From Escherichia coli (GTDB lineage: Bacteria; Pseudomonadota; Gammaproteobacteria; Enterobacterales; Enterobacteriaceae): 64,000 bases of DNA. Below, in pieces: positions 33,817-42,914 of the stretch. The stretch lies in the NCBI RefSeq assembly GCF_041248615.1, contig NZ_CP158426.1, one strand, 5' to 3'. Position 1 is the first letter of the stretch. Every line of letters begins with the position of its first letter. The position numbers were made by a program, and so were the translations under genes. Under the pieces are notes generated by a model. It searched no databases and was not told the origin of the DNA. It saw only the letters and a program-made list of their open reading frames with translations.

Positions 33817-35193
33817 TTAGCTGCACATTTCCAGCACCGAATCGAAAATCTCGGCCCCGGCGGAAATGACTTTCAGATTGGCTTCATAAATTTGTTGATA
33901 GGTGATCAGGTTAACCGCCTCTTCGTCCATGCTGACGCCGCTGACGCTGCTCTGCTGGTTTTGCGCTGCGGAATAGACATTGGACGCGGCATCGACTTCC
34001 GTCTGGTTTTGCTGGCTGTAAATGCCGATATTGCTGATGATTGACGAGCACGCCTGCCCGACCGTCACGCTGCCGAGGTTGGCTATTTCCAGCGGTTCGG
34101 TGGAGATATTGATCAGCGCCTGGAGGTTGTCGCTGTTGCCGCTTTCGTCCGGCGAACTGGAGAACGCCAGCTCATCGGCGGTGATATCCGGGTTAACGGT
34201 CAGCGGGCCATCGGCGTTGCTGGCGTCATAAATAAACAGCGGCTCGCCGGGGTTACCGTTGAGATCGTAGCCCTGCGCCAGCTGGTTGTTAACCGCATCG
34301 GCGAACTGCGACGCCATACTGTTGATGGTGTCGGTCAGCGGCGTCAGCACGTCGTTTTGATAATCAAACAGTGCGCCTAATGAACCGCCGGTGTCGGTAG
34401 TCATCGTCGAGGTGGTGCCAGCGAAAGTCAGCGACATGGTCGGCGTGCCGTCGGCGTTGGTTTCCAGCGCGATGGTCGAGCTTTGCTGCCCGCTCACCAG
34501 CGGTTGACCGTTTTTCAGGGTAACGTTGTAGTTGCCCTGGTCGTCGATATTGACCTGCACATCCATCATCCCGCTGAGTTCTTCCACCATCTGGTCGCGG
34601 GCGTCGTACAGCGCGGAGGCGTTATCGCCGTTGGCTTCGGCCTGAGCGATTTGCTGGTTATAGCTGGCGATGCCGCTGGTGAGCGTGTTGATTTGCGACA
34701 CCATCGCCTGCTGCTGGCTGATGATTTCCGTGCTTTGCGAGTCGATGTAATCCAGCGTGTTGTCGATACGCAGCGACAGCGCCCCGGCTTCGCTGATCAC
34801 CTGCTCGCGCAGGGCGGAATCATCAGGGCTGGTGGTCGCTTCGTTAAGGGCGGCGAAGAAGTTATCGAACCCGCCGCTCAGGCTGCTGTTATCGTCGCTC
34901 AGTACCGCTTCCAGTTGCGTGAGATACCCCTGCTGGGTGCTGTAATAGCCGTAATCGCTGGCGGCATACCACACCTGATTCACCTGATACTGGTTAGAGA
35001 CGCGGCGAATGCTGTCGACCTGCACGCCGTTACCGGCGCTGTTTGGCGAACCGCCGCTGGCACCGATGGTGCTGATCTCCGCCACCTGACGGGTGTAGCC
35101 CGTGGTCATGGCGTTGGCGGTGTTTTGCGCCGTGACGTTCAGCTCCACCTGCGCGGTTGATGCCCCGCTGTAGCCGATGTTAATCATGTCCAT
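33817..35193 (-). CDS. lfgK: Hook-associated protein FlgK (HAP1) homologue
   Basis: 458 aa, conserved FlgK N-terminus (INIGYSGASTAQVELNVTAQNTANA) and C-terminus. Confidence 0.85.
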   Translation of the reverse strand: MDMINIGYSGASTAQVELNVTAQNTANAMTTGYTRQVAEISTIGASGGSPNSAGNGVQVDSIRRVSNQYQVNQVWYAASDYGYYSTQQGYLTQLEAVLSDDNSSLSGGFDNFFAALNEATTSPDDSALREQVISEAGALSLRIDNTLDYIDSQSTEIISQQQAMVSQINTLTSGIASYNQQIAQAEANGDNASALYDARDQMVEELSGMMDVQVNIDDQGNYNVTLKNGQPLVSGQQSSTIALETNADGTPTMSLTFAGTTSTMTTDTGGSLGALFDYQNDVLTPLTDTINSMASQFADAVNNQLAQGYDLNGNPGEPLFIYDASNADGPLTVNPDITADELAFSSSPDESGNSDNLQALINISTEPLEIANLGSVTVGQACSSIISNIGIYSQQNQTEVDAASNVYSAAQNQQSSVSGVSMDEEAVNLITYQQIYEANLKVISAGAEIFDSVLEMCS

Positions 35194-35269
35194 GTTGGAT
35201 CCTTACCGGTAAATCGTGCCGGTTAAAAGCGGCGTTAGGTTGGGGATTCTTAAGTTCCTTAAACCGGGT

Positions 35270-35351
35270 GCCGGATGCGGCGTGAACGCCTTATCCGGCC
35301 TACATATGGGCGACTCGTAGGCCTGATAAGACGCGCCAGCATCGCATCAGG
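35270..35351. repeat. BIME: two inverted REP elements between lfgJ and lfgK
   Basis: gccggatgcggcgtgaacgccttatccggcctaca and inverted gtaggcctgataagacgcgccagcatcgcatcaggc. Confidence 0.7.
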
Positions 35352-35368
35352 CACCGAACGTCGGAGCC

Positions 35369-35668
35369 TCATTTATGCTTCGGCGATAACTGCTTCACAA
35401 TCATCGCCGCGATCCCAATCCCGTGCTGCTGCGCTAGGGTGTTACACAACTCATCGTCATAAAACCCCTGCATCATGCGCACCGAATCGCTGTTAAATGG
35501 GTTATCTTTCGAATCAAACAACTCGTTGGTTTTACGCATCTCTTTGAGCATGTTGCGTAAAAAAATCGCCTCAAACTGTTCCGCGGCCTGCCTGATATCA
35601 TTGGCCTGAACCTTCGGCCCCATTAACGCATCGCTGCCGTCAATCCCGCCACTGGCATTCACTTTCAT
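35369..35668 (-). CDS. lfgJ: FlgJ-like rod-binding protein (N-terminal domain only)
   Basis: 99 aa with rod-binding motif (AAEQFEAIFLRNMLKEMR); no muramidase domain. Confidence 0.7.
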   Translation of the reverse strand: MKVNASGGIDGSDALMGPKVQANDIRQAAEQFEAIFLRNMLKEMRKTNELFDSKDNPFNSDSVRMMQGFYDDELCNTLAQQHGIGIAAMIVKQLSPKHK

Positions 35669-36783
35669 CAGATCACCTCCAGGTCGGCATCCAGCGCGCC
35701 CGCTTCATGCAGCGCCTGCAAAATCGACATAATGTCGTCCGGCGTCGCGCCTAAACTGTTCAGCGCATTGACCAGCGTTTTCAGGCTGCTCGACTCCGGC
35801 AAACTCACCACGCCAGGGCGCGCATGATTCACCGCGATATTACTCTGCGGCGTTACCGCCGTGCGCCCGCCCGCAAAGGCATTCGGCTGGCTGACGTTGC
35901 TGGTTTCGTTAATCGAAACGGTCAAACTACCGTGCGACACCGCCGCCGCGTGTAGCGCAACGCCATCGCCCATCACCACCGTGCCGGTACGCGAGTTAAA
36001 CACCACGCGAGCGCGGATTTTCTCCGCCTGCACCTGCACATCGTCCAGTTGCGACATAAACGCCACCCGCGCACCGGGGCTGGTAGGCGCGCGCACGGTG
36101 ACGTTGGTGGAACTCTGCGCCGTGGCAATGCCGCCAAACGAGGCGTTGATCGCCGCTGCAATATTATTGGCATCTTTAAACGACGGGCGTTTCAGATTGA
36201 GCGTGATGGTATCGCCCATCTGAAAATCGCTGGGGATCTCACGCTCCACCGTTGCGCCGTTGGGAATTAACCCGGCGGTCGGCGTGTTAACCGTCACGCT
36301 GGAACCGCTGGCCCCGGTGGCGTTCATCCCGCCCACCACCACGCTGCCCTGCGCGAGGGCATAAACTTCGCCATCCGCGCCGTGCAACTGCGTCAGCAAC
36401 AAAGTGCCGCCACGAATACTTTTCGCATCGCCAATCGACGAAACGGTGACATCAATGGTCTGCCCGCGCGAGTACATCGGCGGCAGCGTGGCGCTCACCG
36501 CCACCGCGGCGACGTTTTTCACCTTCGGGTCGATTTTATTCGGCAACTGCACGCCAAACTGGCGCAGCATATTGGTGATGGTCTGGTTAGTGAATTTGAC
36601 CTGGTTTTTATCGCCCGTACCGTCGAGGCCTACCACCAGGCTGTAGCCCACCAGTTGGTTTTCACGCACGCCCTGTACGTTGACCAACGACTCCAGCGAT
36701 TGCGCCAGCGCCACACCGGGCAGCGCCAGGCTTACGGCGATCGCTGCGGCCTTTATCCAGTTTTGCATTGCACTCTCCGGCAT
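35668..36783 (-). CDS. lfgI: P-ring protein FlgI homologue
   Basis: 371 aa, signal peptide, conserved [27 protein letters not shown]. Confidence 0.9.
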   Translation of the reverse strand: MPESAMQNWIKAAAIAVSLALPGVALAQSLESLVNVQGVRENQLVGYSLVVGLDGTGDKNQVKFTNQTITNMLRQFGVQLPNKIDPKVKNVAAVAVSATLPPMYSRGQTIDVTVSSIGDAKSIRGGTLLLTQLHGADGEVYALAQGSVVVGGMNATGASGSSVTVNTPTAGLIPNGATVEREIPSDFQMGDTITLNLKRPSFKDANNIAAAINASFGGIATAQSSTNVTVRAPTSPGARVAFMSQLDDVQVQAEKIRARVVFNSRTGTVVMGDGVALHAAAVSHGSLTVSINETSNVSQPNAFAGGRTAVTPQSNIAVNHARPGVVSLPESSSLKTLVNALNSLGATPDDIMSILQALHEAGALDADLEVI

Positions 36784-37448
36784 TAAATCGGGAACAGAGG
36801 ATGGTTAAACAGCCGCGTCAGCCAGCCTGCGGCGTTGGCGTCGCTTAACGCGCCGCGTCCGGCATAGGAGATACGGGCGTCGGCGATCCGCTGGGAGGAA
36901 ACCGAGTTGTCGTTCTGAATATCGTCGGCGCGTACCAGGCCGCTTAAGCGGATGTACTCATCGCCCTGGTTGAGGGTCAGCCATTTTTCGCCGCGAATTT
37001 CCAGGATGCCGTTGGGCTGCACCGCATGGACGGAAACGGTGATCTCCCCGCGCAGGCTGTTCTGCTGCTGGGAAGTGGCGCTGCCGTCAAAGTCGCGGTT
37101 GGCATCGATGGAGCCGGAAAGCTTATCTTTGGTGTGACCAAAAATGGTCGGTGCGCCGATGTCGACGGTGTTGTTTTTACCGAAGTTGGTTTTCGCCTGT
37201 TTGCTCGACTGGGTGGATTCTTCGAGGATCACCGTCAGGATATCGCCCACGCGGTAAGCCCGCCGATCGGCGGTGAGCGACCAGTTGTAGCCGGTTTCAA
37301 ACACGCCCCCGGCACGCCCGTCTGCCGGAGGCGGTGCTTCGGTTTTCGGTGGCGCAAAGTATGCGTCGTCTTTTTTGACCAGAATGGCCTGCGATTCACA
37401 CCCGCTAAGCAGGGGAAGCAGCGCCACCAGCCAGAGATAATTTTTCAC
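36783..37448 (-). CDS. lfgH: L-ring lipoprotein FlgH homologue (start reassigned to GTG at 37448)
   Basis: Lipobox LLSGC; the first 25 codons of the ORF-track call are encoded by a REP element and are likely not translated. Confidence 0.8.
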   Translation of the reverse strand: MKNYLWLVALLPLLSGCESQAILVKKDDAYFAPPKTEAPPPADGRAGGVFETGYNWSLTADRRAYRVGDILTVILEESTQSSKQAKTNFGKNNTVDIGAPTIFGHTKDKLSGSIDANRDFDGSATSQQQNSLRGEITVSVHAVQPNGILEIRGEKWLTLNQGDEYIRLSGLVRADDIQNDNSVSSQRIADARISYAGRGALSDANAAGWLTRLFNHPLFPI

Positions 37449-37485
37449 GTTCTGCCTGTTTAAATACAGTGAGTTATGCGCTTTT

Positions 37486-37523
37486 GTAGGTCGGATAAGA
37501 CGCGTCAGCGTCGCATCCGACAT
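37486..37523. repeat. REP element between lfgG and lfgH
   Basis: gtaggtcggataagacgcgtcagcgtcgcatccgacat. Confidence 0.6.
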
Positions 37524-37530
37524 TTCGGCC

Positions 37531-38316
37531 TTACAGCGTCTGGCTGATGTACTGCAACATATCGTCCGCCGCCGACACCATTTTGGCGTTCATCTCGTAA
37601 GCGCGTTGCACCGTAATCATCGCCACCATTTCGTTGACGATATCCACGTTCGAGCCTTCCAGCGCATTGTCCTGCAAGGTGCCAAGCCCATCTTCGCCCG
37701 GTACGCCTTCGGTCGGCTGACCGCTGGCAGCGGTTTCCAGATAGAGGTTGTCGCCTTCAGCGGAAAGCCCCGCCGGGTTGGCGAAGTTCACCAGCGTCAG
37801 TTGCCCTAACTCAGTCACGTCGCTGTCGCCGGGTAAGATCGCTGTCACCGTGCCGTCCTCACCAAACGCAACATTCGTCGCCCCCGCCGGAACGTCGATT
37901 TCCGGCTGTAACGGCAAGCCTTGCGAGTTGGTCAGCACGCCGTCGGCGTTCACCTGCAAGTTGCCGTCGCGGGTATAGGCGATATCGCCGTTGGCCTTTT
38001 GCACCTGCAAAAACCCCTGCCCCATAATGGCGACATTCATCGCGTTGTCGGTGGTTTCGACGTTGCCTTCGGTGAAGGTTTTCTGAGTGCCAACAATGCG
38101 CACGCCGCTACCGAATTGCAGCCCGGTCGGCATGATGTTGTTCTGGTCGAGCATCGCGCCCGGCGCTTCCTGGGTCTGGTAGAACAGATCCTGAAACATC
38201 ACCCGGTCGCGCTTGAAGCCGGTGGTGTTAACGTTGGCGATGTTGTTGGCAATCGCGCTCATTTCAGCATCCTGCGCCGAGAGGCCGGTTTTGCTGATCC
38301 ATAATGCTGCGTTCAT
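37531..38316 (-). CDS. lfgG: Distal rod protein FlgG homologue
   Basis: 261 aa, conserved rod N-terminus (SKTGLSAQDAEMSAIANNIANVNTTGFKRD) and C-terminus. Confidence 0.9.
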   Translation of the reverse strand: MNAALWISKTGLSAQDAEMSAIANNIANVNTTGFKRDRVMFQDLFYQTQEAPGAMLDQNNIMPTGLQFGSGVRIVGTQKTFTEGNVETTDNAMNVAIMGQGFLQVQKANGDIAYTRDGNLQVNADGVLTNSQGLPLQPEIDVPAGATNVAFGEDGTVTAILPGDSDVTELGQLTLVNFANPAGLSAEGDNLYLETAASGQPTEGVPGEDGLGTLQDNALEGSNVDIVNEMVAMITVQRAYEMNAKMVSAADDMLQYISQTL

Positions 38317-38342
38317 GGTGGTTTATTCCCTGGTGTCTGTTA

Positions 38343-39080
38343 TCACGAGCCGCGCAATAAGCGGTTGCCCGCGTCGCTGATATCTTCGGCGGTTTTCATC
38401 ATCTTGATCTGCGCTTCAAACTGGCGGTTCATGGCGATGGACGACATCATCTCGCTCACCGCCGAGACGTTACTGCCCTCCAGAAAACCGCCGCTAACTT
38501 TGATGTTTTCATCACGCTGGGCCGGAACGCCGTCGGCAGTTATCAGCATCCCTTCAGGATTTTTCGCCAGGTTAGCGACAGGAATATCCACCAGCTTCAG
38601 GCGGTCGATATCCATGGTTGCAGTCACGTCGCCGTCATCGGGCGTCACCGACAGCGTGCCGTCGCTGCCAAACGAAGCAATGGCGTTCGGCGGCAGAATG
38701 ATCGGGCCGTTATCCCCCAGCACCAGATTGCCGTCGATGGTCAGTTGCCCCTGGTCGTCCTGCTGAATGTTGCCGTTGCGGGTATACACTTCGTTGCCGT
38801 TTTTATCCTGCACCGCAATGTAACCCGCGCCCTGAATCGCCACGTCCAGCGGGCGTTCGGTTTTCTCCGCTACACCCGTGCTGTCGTTCACGCCGCTGGC
38901 CCCTTCCTGCGCCATATAGCGCGTGTCGAAGCCGCCGCCTTTCACCTTGTCGTTGGTCGCCATCGCCATGTCGGCGCGAAAACCGTTGGTGTTGACGTTC
39001 GCCAGGTTGTTGGCGCTAATCTGCTGCTCGTACAGGGTCTGAGAAGCACCGCTCAGGGCGGTATAAATCAGGCGGTCCAT
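38343..39080 (-). CDS. lfgF: Proximal rod protein FlgF homologue
   Basis: 245 aa rod family. Confidence 0.85.
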   Translation of the reverse strand: MDRLIYTALSGASQTLYEQQISANNLANVNTNGFRADMAMATNDKVKGGGFDTRYMAQEGASGVNDSTGVAEKTERPLDVAIQGAGYIAVQDKNGNEVYTRNGNIQQDDQGQLTIDGNLVLGDNGPIILPPNAIASFGSDGTLSVTPDDGDVTATMDIDRLKLVDIPVANLAKNPEGMLITADGVPAQRDENIKVSGGFLEGSNVSAVSEMMSSIAMNRQFEAQIKMMKTAEDISDAGNRLLRGS

Positions 39081-40282
39081 TACATTGCCTGGAACAGCGC
39101 GTCATCGAGCTGCGTGCTGGTGGCGATAACTTTGGTGTTGGCCTGATAGTTACGCTGGGCGGTCATCAGGTTGACCAGTTCGCTGGTGATATCGACGTTA
39201 GAGCTTTCGAGCACGCCCGACGATAGCGTGCCGCAGGTGCCGGAGCCGGGAACGCCAATCAGCGGGGTGCCGGATTCCCCGGTTTGTACCCACGCGGTGC
39301 CGCTCACCGCTTCGAGTCCGTTTTCATTCGGGAAAGTCGCCAGCACCACCTGGCCCTGCAACATGCGCTCGCCGTTGCTGTAGGTGGCGTAAACTTTGCC
39401 ATCGTCATCGACCTGCACACCGTTTTGCGTTGCGGAGGCGTAGCCGTTGGCGGCGTTGGTGGTGACCGAAAATTCAGAGCCGTATTGCGTACAGGTGGAG
39501 TAATCGACGGTTAAGTCGATGGGTGCGGCGGCGTCGGTCTGAAACTCAATGGTCTGTGGCGTGGTTGGCGAGGTCAGCTTCCCGGTGTTCGGGTCGAAGG
39601 TTAATGTCGTCGCCGGAACGCCAGTCTGCTGCTGACCGTCGAAGGTGTACTGCACTTCCCAGGTGTTGTCGCTGGTTTTGGTGAAATACTGGCATACCGA
39701 GTGTTCGTTACCTAATGAGTCATATACCGTGGTGGTGTAGCTGTCGGTATACGAGCTGCTGTTGGTCGCGTCGAACGGTACGGTTGTACGGTCTATAGCC
39801 GCATCGCTGGCATCGAAGTTAGCGGTAAAGGTCAGGCTGCTGCTGGCCTGCGCCGGGATATTGCCGGTTTTGATCTGGATATCGGTGACCGTACCGGTTT
39901 GCAGAGTGCCCGTGTCATCGACCGGATAACCCTGTAAATAAGCGCCCGAGGCGTTGACAATATAGCCGTTTTTGTCGGTTTCAAACGATCCGGCGCGGGT
40001 ATAAGAAATGTTGCCCGCGCTGTCGCAGGTAACAAAAAAGCCGTCGTTGTTAATCGCCAGATCCAGCGCGTTACCGGTGGAGACCAGCGAACCGCCGCGC
40101 GAAATACTTTGCGCGGTGCCTGCCACGCTGACGCCCATCGCCTGACTTCCGGCATACATGGCTGAAAACTGGGTGGTCATCGACTTATAGCCTACCGTTC
40201 CGGCGTTGGCGATGTTGTTACTGATCCCGTCGAGCTGTTCGTTAACGGCATTCAGCCCCGTTGCGGCAATTTCATAACTCAT
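39080..40282 (-). CDS. lfgE: Hook protein FlgE homologue
   Basis: 400 aa, conserved hook termini. Confidence 0.85.
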   Translation of the reverse strand: MSYEIAATGLNAVNEQLDGISNNIANAGTVGYKSMTTQFSAMYAGSQAMGVSVAGTAQSISRGGSLVSTGNALDLAINNDGFFVTCDSAGNISYTRAGSFETDKNGYIVNASGAYLQGYPVDDTGTLQTGTVTDIQIKTGNIPAQASSSLTFTANFDASDAAIDRTTVPFDATNSSSYTDSYTTTVYDSLGNEHSVCQYFTKTSDNTWEVQYTFDGQQQTGVPATTLTFDPNTGKLTSPTTPQTIEFQTDAAAPIDLTVDYSTCTQYGSEFSVTTNAANGYASATQNGVQVDDDGKVYATYSNGERMLQGQVVLATFPNENGLEAVSGTAWVQTGESGTPLIGVPGSGTCGTLSSGVLESSNVDITSELVNLMTAQRNYQANTKVIATSTQLDDALFQAM

Positions 40283-40328
40283 TGTTTCTTCCTGTTAATT
40301 CAAATTTTGACAGCGTGCCCGTTGTTTT

Positions 40329-40409
40329 GCCGGATGCGGCGTGAACGCCTTATCCGGCCTACAAAACCATGCAGTTTCATGTAGGCCTGATAAGCGAAGC
40401 GCATCAGGC
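40329..40409. repeat. BIME: two inverted REP elements between lfgD and lfgE; first unit identical to the one at 35270
   Basis: gccggatgcggcgtgaacgccttatccggcctaca ... gtaggcctgataagcgaagcgcatcaggc. Confidence 0.7.
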
Positions 40410-40425
40410 AATTTGGCACCGGACA

Positions 40426-41139
40426 TCACGCCACATCACTGTCGGCATCGGGTACGCCAAACTGGCTAATCATGGTGAACGGCACTTCGCCCACGCCTGC
40501 AACATTGAGCACCGGAGAGCTGCCGTCGAGCGGGATGCGCACATCTTCCACTTCGCCGGAGACTTCAATCGGCACCTCTTCTTCCCCGGTGTTGGTGACC
40601 ACCGAGACGTCGTAATCGCCCGGCGGGATACCGTAATCCGCCGGATTAATCGAGAAATCGACCTGGCCTGGCCCGACGGACGAACTGCCTTCCGGGATCA
40701 GCGACACCGTATAGTCATCGCCTGCGGCATCGGTAAAGTGGAGATCGGCGGTGGTACAGGCGTCGTCAAGCGTGGCGCGACCATTAATGGTCTGGTCGCT
40801 CACCTGCAAGGCGGTGGTCTGCACCATAATGTCGTCACCCACCAGGTTGCCGAGCGCCATCACCTGAATGTTGCTCATCAGCACCGCGTTGGTGTTGGCC
40901 TGCACACTCATCTCTTCCATCATCGCCACCTGCGCCATCGAAGAAAGCTGGTCGATATATTCGGTGGCGTCAGTCGGGTCGGTCGGGTCCTGGTTTTGGA
41001 TCTCAGCGACAAACAGCGTCAGGAAAGTATCAACGGGCGAGCTATCGCTGCTACTTTGCGTGTCGCTGGCCGCCACGTTGTTGCTTTCCGCCGTGGCGGT
41101 CGGCTGCGGCGATTGCGCATTCAGCGCCAGGGTATTCAT
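40426..41139 (-). CDS. lfgD: Hook capping/scaffold protein FlgD homologue
   Basis: 237 aa, conserved TFLTLFVAEIQNQDPTDP. Confidence 0.8.
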   Translation of the reverse strand: MNTLALNAQSPQPTATAESNNVAASDTQSSSDSSPVDTFLTLFVAEIQNQDPTDPTDATEYIDQLSSMAQVAMMEEMSVQANTNAVLMSNIQVMALGNLVGDDIMVQTTALQVSDQTINGRATLDDACTTADLHFTDAAGDDYTVSLIPEGSSSVGPGQVDFSINPADYGIPPGDYDVSVVTNTGEEEVPIEVSGEVEDVRIPLDGSSPVLNVAGVGEVPFTMISQFGVPDADSDVA

Positions 41140-41570
41140 CAGGCTTCTCCCAGTTTCAGCAGGCTTTGCTGCATACTTTTCACGTTGTTGAGCACATCGA
41201 CATTGGTTTCAAAATCGCGCGAGGCCGACATCATGTCCGCCATCTGTTCCACCACGTTGACGTCGGGATACCAGACATCCCCGTTAGCATCGGCGAGCGG
41301 CGAATGCGGTTCATAGCGTTTCACCGCCCCGCCGGTTTGCAGCACGTCCTGCACCTGCACGCTGGCACCATCAATGGCATGGCGATGCGTTCCCGCCAGC
41401 AAGCTGTGGTGATACACCGCCGCAAACACCGGGCTGCGCGCTTTATACGCCTGCGCCTCGCTGCCGGCAGGTGCATTGGCATTCGCCAGGTTACTGGCAA
41501 CGGTATTCAGACGTAGCGTTTGCGCCGTCATCGCCGAGCCGGAAATCTGATAGATATCAGTAAATGACAT
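41139..41570 (-). CDS. lfgC: Proximal rod protein FlgC homologue (intact)
   Basis: 143 aa, conserved rod termini. Confidence 0.85.
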   Translation of the reverse strand: MSFTDIYQISGSAMTAQTLRLNTVASNLANANAPAGSEAQAYKARSPVFAAVYHHSLLAGTHRHAIDGASVQVQDVLQTGGAVKRYEPHSPLADANGDVWYPDVNVVEQMADMMSASRDFETNVDVLNNVKSMQQSLLKLGEA

Positions 41571-41572
41571 GC

Positions 41573-41908
41573 TTATTTCCCTTCAATGGCCTCTCTGATG
41601 CCGCTGATTTGCAGATTCAGAAAGGTCAGACTGCTTTGATAATCCATACTATTTTGTGAAAACCGCGCCTGTTCGCTGTTTAGTTCCACGGTGTTGCCAT
41701 CTTCCGACGGCTGCATCGGCACGCGGTACTGGACATCCACCGCCGCGTTATTTGCCCGTTGCATCTCCCTGGCAAAATCAATATCTTTAGCCTTGAAATT
41801 TGGCGTATCGACGTTCGCCAGATTCGCAGTCAGTAGCTCGGTCCTCTCAAGACGTAACTTCACTGCCTGCGGATGCACTCCCAATGCCTGTTGAAAACTG
41901 ATCCCCAT
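41573..41908 (-). CDS. lfgB: Proximal rod protein FlgB homologue (start at internal Met MGISFQQ)
   Basis: Rod N-terminal motif LTANLANVDTPNFKAKD; ORF-track start would place the start codon inside the sigma-54 promoter footprint. Confidence 0.8.
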   Translation of the reverse strand: MGISFQQALGVHPQAVKLRLERTELLTANLANVDTPNFKAKDIDFAREMQRANNAAVDVQYRVPMQPSEDGNTVELNSEQARFSQNSMDYQSSLTFLNLQISGIREAIEGK

Positions 41909-41945
41909 TTCCTGCGTCACTCCTGCTTCAATCCGCATACGCTAA

Positions 41946-41960
41946 GCAATCGCCGTGCCA
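41946..41960 (-). promoter_or_regulatory. Sigma-54 promoter for lfgB-L operon
   Basis: Reverse strand TGGCAC-GGCGA-TTGC, perfect consensus. Confidence 0.6.
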
Positions 41961-41989
41961 TTTTTTAAGTCACTGATGAGAAAGGGTTT

Positions 41990-42727
41990 ATGAGTTTTCA
42001 ATTTTGCAGGCGGAAGTTGTTCTTCCTCCTGGTGCTGGCCTTACCGGGCTACGCCGCCGTCCACCCCGTGCAACACAGCGCGCGGGAACAAGTCAACGCC
42101 CAGGTGCTGAATGCCGCGAGCCAGGAAATTGAATCGATGGCGCAGCAACGGCAGTGGCATGACTATCGCTACACCTTTAAGGTCTACATTCCCTCGCAGA
42201 TTGCGACCGCCGCCCCCTGTGCGACAACACCCGGCGTTACGCTCACTTCGCCTGCGGACATCGCCCTCAACCGGATGAACTTCACCGTCAGTTGCCCGCA
42301 AAGCTGGCAGATGAACGTGGCGGTGCGCCCGGATGTACTGGTGCCCGTGGTGATGACAAAGTCACTGGTTGCCCGCGATACGCCGCTCACGGCGAATGAT
42401 GTGGAGTTGAAGCCCTACAACTTCAGCGCCCAGCGGCGGGATGTGTTGATGGAGCTCGATGACGCAATTGGTTTAAGCAGTAAGCACGCGTTGCAACCGG
42501 GCAGGCCCATCACCAAAGAAGAGCTGGTTTCGCCAGTGCTGGTCGAACGCGATCAGCCGGTGATGATTGTTTACCAGAGCGCGGGGATCACCGCCTCGAT
42601 GCCCGGCGTGGCGCTGAAAAATGGCCGCAAAGGCGAGATGGTGAAAGTACGTAACGCAAGCAGCCAGCGGGTCATCAGCGCGATGGTGGCAGAAAGCGGC
42701 GTGGTGACGACGGTAAGCGCGGAGTAA
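41990..42727 (+). CDS. lfgA: P-ring assembly chaperone FlgA homologue
   Basis: 245 aa, signal peptide, divergent from lfgB. Confidence 0.7.
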   Translation: MSFQFCRRKLFFLLVLALPGYAAVHPVQHSAREQVNAQVLNAASQEIESMAQQRQWHDYRYTFKVYIPSQIATAAPCATTPGVTLTSPADIALNRMNFTVSCPQSWQMNVAVRPDVLVPVVMTKSLVARDTPLTANDVELKPYNFSAQRRDVLMELDDAIGLSSKHALQPGRPITKEELVSPVLVERDQPVMIVYQSAGITASMPGVALKNGRKGEMVKVRNASSQRVISAMVAESGVVTTVSAE

Positions 42728-42914
42728 TTTGCTGTAATACCGCGTAGCATATGTATGACTAGCTCCCAATATTCTGACTTTCTGACAAATTTCATTGTGT
42801 ATTTTGGATAATTATTGAGCACTCAATCACTACTGTTTAAATATCCAGATGATAACTATTTCATCTGGGTCAAATGAGTGATATTGTATCACCAATAAGA
42901 CCTACGGGGGTGCT

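Noticed and set aside
34483-35160. 225-aa plus-strand ORF
   Set aside because: Lies entirely antisense within the FlgK homologue gene; Arg/Gly/Val-rich translation typical of the reverse frame of GC-rich coding DNA; no motif.
40369-41316. 315-aa plus-strand ORF
   Set aside because: Antisense to the flgD and flgC homologues and begins inside a BIME repeat; low-complexity His/Arg/Gly-rich product.
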